DNA of 64,000 nt, taken from a virus. The notes beneath the pieces were generated by a model. That model worked only from the letters and a program-made list of their open reading frames with translations, ran no database searches and was not told the origin of the DNA. Position 1 is the first letter of the stretch. The number at the start of each line of letters is the position of its first letter. The stretch is taken from the IMG/VR virus record IMGVR_UViG_3300017613_002261, one strand, 5' to 3'. Made by a program: the position numbers and the translations under genes. Of the stretch, positions 45,916-53,446 are shown in pieces.

Positions 45916-46179
45916 TCATGAATTATCTCCCTGTACCAATAAGGTTTTTATAAAAAATATATCCGATTCCTTAGAATCGATATTCAAAGTAGAAGATCTA
46001 CCAAAGACAGTAACATCACATTTCCTCTTCTTTGAAGAAGAGTCGATGCCTATCTGAAACTTACAAAATCCCGCCCCAGTTACTTTGGAAGGGTTTACAA
46101 CATCACAATGATTGCACTGAGTATCTAATAAAAGTGCAAAAGAATTATCGACTATAATATATTTAGATCCAAGTCCCAT
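45916..46179 (-). CDS. hypothetical protein
   Basis: I prefer the ATG at 46179 (AGAGG RBS). 87 aa. Confidence 0.5.
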   Translation of the reverse strand: MGLGSKYIIVDNSFALLLDTQCNHCDVVNPSKVTGAGFCKFQIGIDSSSKKRKCDVTVFGRSSTLNIDSKESDIFFIKTLLVQGDNS

Positions 46180-46225
46180 TTTAAGCACCTCTTTTATATA
46201 GATTTTATATATAAGAAATAACATA

Positions 46226-46270
46226 AACAGTGTTCCGACCTACTGTCAGTTCTCCAGTACCCTGTTATTT
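46226..46270 (-). promoter_or_regulatory. copy E (core only) of the conserved intergenic element
   Basis: Minus strand reads AAATAACAGGGTACTGGAGAACTGACAGTAG GTCGG, 60 nt upstream of the ATG at 46179. It lacks the AACCCATTAAA end. Confidence 0.4.
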
Positions 46271-46930
46271 TATAACATGGCCTCTACTAAGAAGATACTC
46301 CTTCTTTGTAGCTACTCTACCGACTGTATTAATCGCTTCAAAAATAACTTCTAGATTAGATAATATATAAGTATTTACATGAATTAATAACACACAAAGA
46401 TTTCTTCTATAAGGGAAATGATAATTAAAATAAGAGACTAATTCTTCTTTGGATAATTGATAGGAAGAATCCTTACGGGAATTCTCTTTTGGAATTTCTA
46501 GGTTCCATACGCAGATATCGTAATCCATATACATTACTGCTTGAAGTACTCCATTATTCATGAAGCCATAAGGAGCTCTAAATAAAGAAATGGAGTAATT
46601 GTAATTGGATTTGAAGAATTTATGAATATAAAGCATGTCCCGCTTGATAACGTGGCAGTTAGAATATTTTAACATTGATATGCTATGTGACTTTGTATGA
46701 TTTCCTATTAAGTGATTTGTATAAGAATCAAAACAAATGTTGAAGTCATTCGTTGATAAGGGTAATATCTTCTCTGTGACAAATAATATAGAAAAATAAT
46801 TATTTGACTGGAGAAAGGATATTAGATTATTAAATCCCGGTGCTGGAACATCATCCACCGTTATTAAGAATAACTTCTCTGGATAAAGGAAAATACTGAG
46901 ATAAGTTAGAGCTATAAGAAGATATTTCAT
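46265..46930 (-). CDS. polysaccharide deacetylase (NodB homology domain), secreted
   Basis: ITVDDVP, GNHTKSH and FRAPYG motifs. N-terminal signal-like helix. Confidence 0.6.
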   Translation of the reverse strand: MKYLLIALTYLSIFLYPEKLFLITVDDVPAPGFNNLISFLQSNNYFSILFVTEKILPLSTNDFNICFDSYTNHLIGNHTKSHSISMLKYSNCHVIKRDMLYIHKFFKSNYNYSISLFRAPYGFMNNGVLQAVMYMDYDICVWNLEIPKENSRKDSSYQLSKEELVSYFNYHFPYRRNLCVLLIHVNTYILSNLEVIFEAINTVGRVATKKEYLLSRGHVIK

Positions 46931-47082
46931 AAGGGAATTCCTCTAATACAATTTAGAATGAGAGTGACACAAACAAGTAATAAGAATAAGATAGTTAATC
47001 AGATTCTTAAAGATCGCGACATCATGTTAAACTCCTGTAATTCTAGAAGGTGTCTTAGGTAAGGACTTTGTTACCTCTCTCA

Positions 47083-47277
47083 CTATGAATGGTTTCTCTT
47101 CCATCTAGAGGGACGAGAATGAATACTGTCTTCATCATCATCATCCTCGTCTTGCTGATCGAGGTCAGGAGTGAAAGTAATTGGAGTGCTAGGATATGTT
47201 AGTTGAAGGGATGAACTATCAGTGGAAACGTTTGAAATAAGTAATCTGGTAGATCCGTCTGAATCGTAAGATGTCAA
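47083..47277 (-). CDS. hypothetical acidic protein
   Basis: 64 aa with a DQQDEDDDDED run. Confidence 0.4.
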   Translation of the reverse strand: MTSYDSDGSTRLLISNVSTDSSSLQLTYPSTPITFTPDLDQQDEDDDDEDSIHSRPSRWKRNHS

Positions 47278-47534
47278 GAGTATCTCCTCATATGAGAGTT
47301 GGACTGAGTAGTATCAGTACTTGAATGTAAATCTTTTACTTTCTTTAATATTGATTGTAACTGATGATGAGTATGTCCACATTCCCTTAATTGAATAAGT
47401 TCATGTTTCTTTAAAGATTTTAAAGAATGTAAATCGTCTTTTAATGTCTTGTCCACTACGATACAAGGGGAGAAGAATATATTGTATATTCTATAGAATA
47501 TACTGTATAACATTGTTGCGATAAATAACCTCAT
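47274..47534 (-). CDS. hypothetical membrane-anchored protein
   Basis: 86-aa ORF with an N-terminal hydrophobic helix. Confidence 0.45.
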   Translation of the reverse strand: MRLFIATMLYSIFYRIYNIFFSPCIVVDKTLKDDLHSLKSLKKHELIQLRECGHTHHQLQSILKKVKDLHSSTDTTQSNSHMRRYS

Positions 47535-47552
47535 TAGTCGTCCTAAGATATA

Positions 47553-47768
47553 TTATTCTTTTGCTTTATATACAAAGTTAGAGTATTCTTTAGACATAAG
47601 CTTATTCTTAACGTACTCAGTCTCTAAACGTAAACGAAGTTGCTCTGTCTTCTGCTTCTCTATTTCTACCCGATCTGTAGAGTGGTTAAATAATGCCTGA
47701 CAGCCTCCTATACCTAAACACATAACTGCGATGCCTAGACCAAACCAAAATGAATCATCTATCTTCAT
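47553..47768 (-). CDS. small membrane protein
   Basis: 71-aa ORF with one TM helix (FWFGLGIAVMCLGIGGC). Confidence 0.45.
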   Translation of the reverse strand: MKIDDSFWFGLGIAVMCLGIGGCQALFNHSTDRVEIEKQKTEQLRLRLETEYVKNKLMSKEYSNFVYKAKE

Positions 47769-47790
47769 AATCTGTCTCCTGAGTTGAAAT

Positions 47791-47860
47791 CAACTGCTCT
47801 ATTAATATAGCAACTGCTCTATTAATATAGCAACTGCTCTATTAATATAGCAACTGCTCT
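47791..47860. repeat. 3.5 tandem copies of a 20-bp unit (caactgctctattaatatag)
   Basis: Read directly. The repeat spans the last codons of gene 47822-48217 and the gap before gene 47553-47768. Confidence 0.9.
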
Positions 47861-48217
47861 TTCTCTTATATGATAATTATAAACCTTGTTTGTTTTGAAA
47901 TATTGTTGGAGCTGGTATAAGGTATCTAAATCAAAGTTTGCAAAAGGCTGGTAATTATTTTCATAATAACGGTATGAAAGGTGTTTTACGTTTGTAGGAT
48001 ATGAAAGAGATACAGAATTGCTGAAATAATTTATATGACCTGAACTATAGAAAATCGACTCTTTGTAAAATCCCTTACCTGATTTGGTGCCAAGAAAATG
48101 GGAATATACCATGCAATCTAGATTATGGACAGCGTCACGGATATCAAGTTTGTATTTTCTCTGACACCCTAATAAGGATAGTAGAAGGAATAGAATCAAT
48201 AAATGTTTTATTCTCAT
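47822..48217 (-). CDS. putative lipoprotein
   Basis: MRIKHLLILFLLLSLLGC has a signal peptide and an LLGC lipobox. Confidence 0.5.
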   Translation of the reverse strand: MRIKHLLILFLLLSLLGCQRKYKLDIRDAVHNLDCMVYSHFLGTKSGKGFYKESIFYSSGHINYFSNSVSLSYPTNVKHLSYRYYENNYQPFANFDLDTLYQLQQYFKTNKVYNYHIRERAVAILIEQLLY

Positions 48218-48240
48218 ATCAAAGTCCCTTGGATGAGGAT

Positions 48241-48507
48241 TTAATCCTCTAAAACCTGATAGGAAAAATGAGAATCACTAAACTTGGGTAAGAGGATGAA
48301 TCTCGTTTTACGTTCTTCCTTTATTATTCCGCCACGAAAGCTTAGTAAGTAATTCGTTCCATTGATATTAGCCCTATAAACAAATATAGAGCCTTTTAGA
48401 ACAACTGAGAAGAAGGCTTCTCCTGTAGATTCTACACAAGGACTTCTTGAAGGTTCTGCACATGAACAGAGGAGATATATTGCTATTAATAATAGTAAGA
48501 ATCCCAT
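48241..48507 (-). CDS. secreted/lipoprotein-like hypothetical protein
   Basis: MGFLLLLIAIYLLCSC N-terminus. Confidence 0.45.
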   Translation of the reverse strand: MGFLLLLIAIYLLCSCAEPSRSPCVESTGEAFFSVVLKGSIFVYRANINGTNYLLSFRGGIIKEERKTRFILLPKFSDSHFSYQVLED

Positions 48508-48764
48508 TAAGGGTTCCTACCGTACATCTCACGAGCAATTTTATTGTCGTAAAATAGACGGATATGTTTTAAAATAAGATCTAATTTGTTAGACGGAATA
48601 TTGAAATTAGTAATATCACCTTTACAATCCTGTTCTGAGGTTAATGTAATGATTTCTTTCTCAGAGTCAAATGAAATATCTTTGATATTAATTTCTCTAG
48701 AGAGATTAACGAATGGCTGAGGTAATGAAGGAGTATTAGTTACTTGTTCAGGTATGTTTATCAT
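48507..48764 (-). CDS. hypothetical protein
   Basis: I prefer the ATG at 48764 (AAGGAAAA RBS) over the TTG at 48791. Confidence 0.5.
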   Translation of the reverse strand: MINIPEQVTNTPSLPQPFVNLSREINIKDISFDSEKEIITLTSEQDCKGDITNFNIPSNKLDLILKHIRLFYDNKIAREMYGRNP

Positions 48765-48975
48765 TTGTTTTCCTTTGCCAAAAAGAGGCAATTGCTAATT
48801 TTAAATATATAAAGGATATTCTCCAGTATGATAAAGATGTAGAGTGTTCCCATAATTCGCCTTCGTAGCAAATTACAAGAGTTCCTTTTGTCTCTGCCTA
48901 GAAGGTGCCTACAGTACATCTGTCGAAATCTTCTCTGAATCTACATTCAATACATTTTCTAATACATTTAGACAT
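48748..48975 (-). pseudogene. 75-codon Cys-rich ORF interrupted by one in-frame TAG (codon 26)
   Basis: GGAG RBS, then MSKCIRKCIECRFREDFDRCTVGTF-TAG-AETKGTLVICYEGELWEH... The frame stays open for 49 more codons and ends overlapping the next gene's start. Confidence 0.35.
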
Positions 48976-49469
48976 TAGACTCTCCAAATAAGTTAAATAT
49001 AATTTATTATTATATGTGTACAATAATTTAAAACATTCAGTAATTTAATACTATCCCCCAACCCCCGTGAACTGTCTTTTCTTTCTCTAATTCGCAATAA
49101 ACGCATTTAAATTTGAATCACGTTGCATAAGGTAATTCTACTCTATTTAACTGCTTGAAATGATGAATACGTAATTTACAGATTAATTTTATCCTTACTT
49201 CAGCTTTATTATTGCTTTCTTTCATTAGACCTTTCGTTGAAGATTCTTGATAGGAATGCTATGACCTTTAATCGAGATAAAAGATAAAATCTTTTATCTC
49301 GTACTAATATTGAAACAAAAAATAATTAAATAATATTATTATTCCTGAGGATGTATGGGAAAACATGAGAATAACTATTAAAGTCATTATTGATAATGAA
49401 GATATTATTCCAAGTTTCTGCGATAAATACATAAATTACTCCTGATTAAGATTAAAACAATTAATGAAG

Positions 49470-49790
49470 CTCTGTGCAAAGGACACGAACCTTGAAGGCC
49501 CAGTTACTGCTTATGCTTGCTTCGCCTACTGTATTCGTGAAGTCTTCTTCAGGAAAATACCTGAAGAAGCCCAAAATTGATGCTGCGTTGAACGCAGCAT
49601 CAAAAGATGAGAATACTCGAAGGTCCTCGGGGATGATATGGCTCCTGGACCCTCGTTTGATAGAATCCATACCTTTTTAGGGTTAGTGGACTTAGAGATA
49701 GAGGGAGCCTCTTTATTGCAATTGCATTTATGTGGGATGGATGAATGATCCACCGTCTTTAGTACTGATACTGCCCCACATGAACATTTT
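49470..49790. ncRNA. G+C-rich structured island (unclassified RNA candidate; strand unresolved)
   Basis: 10-bp perfect hairpin 49544-49553/49560-49569; 11-bp perfect hairpin 49578-49588/49592-49602; helix 49618-49626/49647-49655; 49731-49736/49775-49780. Three mutually overlapping track ORFs on both strands argue against coding. Confidence 0.3.
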
Positions 49791-49824
49791 ATTTCAAATA
49801 TAGGAACTTCTTAAAATAAAGTAA

Positions 49825-50229
49825 TTAATCACTGTCGGAGCGAAGGGTTTCAGATAATTCCTTGTCAGGACACTTCTCTGTAGGCGGTTGATACTTAGCT
49901 CTTGCAAGAACTGTTATAACTCTGTCGGTATTTGATGAGACAGTCATTTCTACATTCTTTCCTGAGAAAGGGTCGGTGACATCTGCTTCAAGGCGCTGCT
50001 TGCTGATGCGATCTATTACCCCACGGTATGCTGATCCGTCGGAATGAGATATTTCAATGAAATCTCCTACAAAGATTAAGGAGAGATCAAAGATATTCTC
50101 GCTGCCCTGCTTTATGACGGCAGTTTCCTGTTCCTTTATTTTATTGAGATAGCATAATTCCATCTCCTCGTTGGAGGGAGCCGTTTCTGATACTGCATCA
50201 TTTACTCTCTTTTCGGTTTTGTTTATCAT
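49825..50229 (-). CDS. hypothetical protein
   Basis: 134-aa ORF. Confidence 0.5.
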   Translation of the reverse strand: MINKTEKRVNDAVSETAPSNEEMELCYLNKIKEQETAVIKQGSENIFDLSLIFVGDFIEISHSDGSAYRGVIDRISKQRLEADVTDPFSGKNVEMTVSSNTDRVITVLARAKYQPPTEKCPDKELSETLRSDSD

Positions 50230-50266
50230 TTATAATCCTTTTAAGTTAAAAGTACAGAAGATATGC

Positions 50267-50419
50267 TTATTTCTTTTTATTAAGCTCGCTAACTGATTCG
50301 ATGTTAATATCAGATGCGTGTACGAGATACTTCTTCGCACACTTCTTACAGAAGAGTTCTTTCGTTTCTGTCTGATAGTATTTTGACTTCTTTCCACACG
50401 AACAAATTTTATTTGACAT
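50267..50419 (-). CDS. 50-aa zinc-ribbon protein
   Basis: MSNKICSCGKKSKYYQTETKELFCKKCAKKYLVHASD... Below the track's cut-off. Confidence 0.45.
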   Translation of the reverse strand: MSNKICSCGKKSKYYQTETKELFCKKCAKKYLVHASDINIESVSELNKKK

Positions 50420-50495
50420 AACTATTTCCTAGGTTATTTATAAATATATAAAAGTAGGGTATTAAATGTAACATTATTGAGATAATGATATTACG

Positions 50496-50730
50496 TTAGG
50501 TCCTGTCATAGTAAATGACATTCTGCTGAATTAATTTACTATATAAGATTGAGACACGCTCAGGGAAGGAGAATATCGAAGATAAGTTTCTCCATGATAA
50601 GCCACAAAGGTGTTCCATCATTGAACGAAGATAGACTCGGTGTTCGGAAGTCAAGCTTCGGTACCAGCGTTGACCACGGAGGCGACCTCTCTCGTCTCGA
50701 AGGATGAAAGAGGAAGGTTCAGTGAAGCTG
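50496..50730 (-). other. G+C-rich segment directly 3' of thyA: either a structured RNA or a small Arg-rich ORF
   Basis: Helices 50650-50654/50670-50674, 50568-50573/50588-50593 and 50505-50509/50515-50519. The track ORF 50496-50771 overlaps the thyA end by 41 nt in another frame. Confidence 0.25.
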
Positions 50731-51675
50731 TTACACAGCAACGTCAAAATAGATTTTTGGGAAGGATTCATAATTAGTTAGCTCCGCATCAGCGTATTGG
50801 AAATCGAACGGCGTGTCATCACTTCCGTAGGATTTCGAAAAGGTTAATTTAGGAAGAGAGTATTTCATCGGGTCTCTTGATAACTGCTCGCGTAGGCCGT
50901 CAATATGATTATCATAAATATGTGCGTCAAGGAATGTTCCAGTGACTGTACCTGGAGATAACCCAGATAATTTACATAAGATTGATAGTAATAAAGCGTA
51001 GCTTGCCATGTTAAATGGGACGCCAAGAGCCCAATCTGCTGACCGCTGTGTCCATGTTAAATGAAGTTGGGATGTATCATACATTAAACCAAATGAAAGG
51101 TGACATGGTGGAAGAGCCATTATATCAATCTGTTCTGGACTCCATGCCGAACAAAACATTCTGCGGTCGAGTGGATTCTCCTTTAACTTCTTGAAGATTA
51201 ATGGAAGTTGGTTACTTTGGGATGGAGTGTCCCATATAAGATCGTCACGTACTGGAGCTTGTACTTGGTCTGATGGAAGGATTGGAGTATAAGGCTTATT
51301 GAAATGAAGCCATTGGTACCCATATATTGGACCAAGGTCTGGAAGCTTCGATTGAAATTCGTTCCAAGATTCTCCAACAGGGAGTAATGTCTCTTTATGG
51401 ATTGGCGAAGCCCATTCGTCCCAAATATGACAATTACGTTCTTGATACCAACGCTTATCCGTGACTCCTTTAAGGAATCCTTCCAGTTCTATTGCTATAA
51501 GCTTAAATGGTTTCTTGCAAGTAGTTATCATCGGGAATCCCTCATTAAGGTCAACCGTGATTGTTGCAGGTCCTCTGTGTACTAGCGTGTCAACGCCTGT
51601 GCGATTGGACTTGCGTATACCCTTTTCTAGTATATCTGAAATTACTTTACTGTACTGCTGATTATAATCTGACAT
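50731..51675 (-). CDS. thyA: thymidylate synthase (ThyA family)
   Basis: DLGPIYGYQW, ALPPCHLSF (catalytic Cys), WTQRSADWALGVPFNMASYALL, DAHIYDNH and the C-terminal FPKIYFDVAV. Confidence 0.85.
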   Translation of the reverse strand: MSDYNQQYSKVISDILEKGIRKSNRTGVDTLVHRGPATITVDLNEGFPMITTCKKPFKLIAIELEGFLKGVTDKRWYQERNCHIWDEWASPIHKETLLPVGESWNEFQSKLPDLGPIYGYQWLHFNKPYTPILPSDQVQAPVRDDLIWDTPSQSNQLPLIFKKLKENPLDRRMFCSAWSPEQIDIMALPPCHLSFGLMYDTSQLHLTWTQRSADWALGVPFNMASYALLLSILCKLSGLSPGTVTGTFLDAHIYDNHIDGLREQLSRDPMKYSLPKLTFSKSYGSDDTPFDFQYADAELTNYESFPKIYFDVAV

Positions 51676-51846
51676 TTATATGTATCCTAAAAATTAAAAT
51701 AAAAGTGATCCAGTCTATCACTGTGTATCTCCATCATATATTACTAATGCTTCCATATTCACATGATTAGTTAAATCACTCCTACATGACTGAAAGTGCT
51801 TCCCTTCTGCATAAATAAACATAATGGTTAGTCTATTATTAATAGA

Positions 51847-52059
51847 CTACATCTTCTGGAGAACAACTGAAACATGACCACTCTTAAGATCTTTTACTTC
51901 CATAGCATGGATAACCCTACCACTATTTGTAATAGTGATAAAATTCTTAATGAAAAATCCCTTATAAGGGTCCAGTTCTTCCGCGACTAAAACTCCTATA
52001 AAAATGACCAATACTAATAAACTTTTTAACATAATAAACCCATTTAAAATTGTTGACAC
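51847..52059 (-). CDS. small membrane-anchored protein
   Basis: 70-aa ORF with one TM helix. Confidence 0.45.
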   Translation of the reverse strand: MSTILNGFIMLKSLLVLVIFIGVLVAEELDPYKGFFIKNFITITNSGRVIHAMEVKDLKSGHVSVVLQKM

Positions 52060-52895
52060 TCTGGACAGAAATAACTAGACCTTCCTGCCACTTTAATGTT
52101 CCTTATTACAGTTGAGCATCTTAAACATTTCTTACCTGCTCTAGAATACACTTTAAACTCTTCACTAAAAGAACCTTTGCCTCCGTCTAAGTGGTAATAA
52201 TCTCTTACAGATACTCCTCCGTACTTAAATGATAAAATCAGAATATTGTTTAAAGCACTGAATACGTAATCCCATTGTTTAAAATGCAAGGACTTAAAAG
52301 GAGTTTCCGGATGGATTCTTGCTTGAAATAGAACCTCGTTAATTAAATAATTTCCTAAACCTGCTATAACTCTCTGAGAATGCAGTAATCCTTTAATTGA
52401 TTTACCTTGACCAAATCTAAATCTATCTAAGTACACTAAGAAGAACTCAACATTAAATAATAAACCACGATAAGAAGGAGGATAAATATCATAATCTACG
52501 ATTTCATATCCCATGTTCTTAATCATAGGAACATCATTTAAATCACTAACGTAATAAATCTTCGAAAACATTCTAGGATCGAAATAGTGAAAAGAAAGCT
52601 CTTCTTTCGAAGATTTAAACACCATATCAAATTTATGGTGAGGTGAAAATAAAGGGTAAATAGGTTCTGTTGAAATACATCCTGTCATACTAAAGAAAAT
52701 AACAAGATGCTTACCACTTTGAAAATGGAGAATTAAAACTTTACCTCTAGTTGTCACATCCTTTATTCTTCCTTCTACAAATTCTAGAGGGAATTTAGGG
52801 TGATATGATCTAATATATACTTCGCCTTCTTTAAAGAAGGTATGTATCTTTTGATAGATAGCAGAAGCAAGGATCTTTGTCTCGACTACTTCCAT
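52044..52895 (-). CDS. Fpg/Nei-family DNA glycosylase
   Basis: H2TH motif GLGNYLINEVLFQARIHP and a C-terminal zinc finger CLRCSTVI...GRSSYFCPECQ. The N-terminus is MEVVE, not MPELPE. Confidence 0.7.
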   Translation of the reverse strand: MEVVETKILASAIYQKIHTFFKEGEVYIRSYHPKFPLEFVEGRIKDVTTRGKVLILHFQSGKHLVIFFSMTGCISTEPIYPLFSPHHKFDMVFKSSKEELSFHYFDPRMFSKIYYVSDLNDVPMIKNMGYEIVDYDIYPPSYRGLLFNVEFFLVYLDRFRFGQGKSIKGLLHSQRVIAGLGNYLINEVLFQARIHPETPFKSLHFKQWDYVFSALNNILILSFKYGGVSVRDYYHLDGGKGSFSEEFKVYSRAGKKCLRCSTVIRNIKVAGRSSYFCPECQQF

Positions 52896-52896
52896 A

Positions 52897-52924
52897 TTAA
52901 TTAAATTTAATTAAATTTAATTAA
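52897..52924. repeat. 2.8 tandem copies of a 10-bp AT unit (ttaaatttaa)
   Basis: Read directly, in the junction between gene 52907-53437 and the Fpg/Nei gene. Confidence 0.8.
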
Positions 52925-53437
52925 CCCATTCTCTGCTTCGGGTCTAACGGAGGATTTCCATGTAGTATCACCATACAAAGAAAATCTGCTATTAAGCATA
53001 GTAGATTTCTCCGGGACGTAAACATCTATTTCTAACATATGAAGAATCGCCATCCAATACATAACACAAGGTAAAAATACTGCGTATTCATCTGGATTAT
53101 GAAGATCAACTCCGTATAGATTAATTCTGTCCGGCTCTATCCACGCAGCATAGGCAATAACATATGACACAGAAGAAGTAAAGTACTTTAAAGCTCCTTC
53201 AACAGATTTTAGAATACTTGGCAGAGGATAATTATAAAAGTTAATGATCTTAGATTTCTCTACAAAATTAAAATCTGGTAAAGTTTCGAAGATTCTATCG
53301 AAATAAAATATTTTATCATAACGTACTATATGAGGGTCAAAAGCTATTGAATTAATACACCAGACCTCTTCATCTTGAAATTCTTTATCAAAAGCTAAAT
53401 GACTACTCTCTCCCTTACCTATCACATTTACTATCAT
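52907..53437 (-). CDS. hypothetical protein
   Basis: 176-aa ORF, no confident motif. Confidence 0.55.
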   Translation of the reverse strand: MIVNVIGKGESSHLAFDKEFQDEEVWCINSIAFDPHIVRYDKIFYFDRIFETLPDFNFVEKSKIINFYNYPLPSILKSVEGALKYFTSSVSYVIAYAAWIEPDRINLYGVDLHNPDEYAVFLPCVMYWMAILHMLEIDVYVPEKSTMLNSRFSLYGDTTWKSSVRPEAENGLIKFN

Positions 53438-53446
53438 AAATAATCC

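Noticed and set aside
49062-49072. CCCCGTGAAC, identical to a universally conserved 23S rRNA segment, suggesting an rRNA fragment.
   Set aside because: No similarity extends beyond about 10 nt on either side.
49041-49100. A possible sixth, inverted copy of the promoter-like element (GACAGTTCACGGGGG…TTAAATT on the minus strand).
   Set aside because: Only the CAGTTC and TTAA(A)TT pieces match. The spacing and the remaining positions differ.
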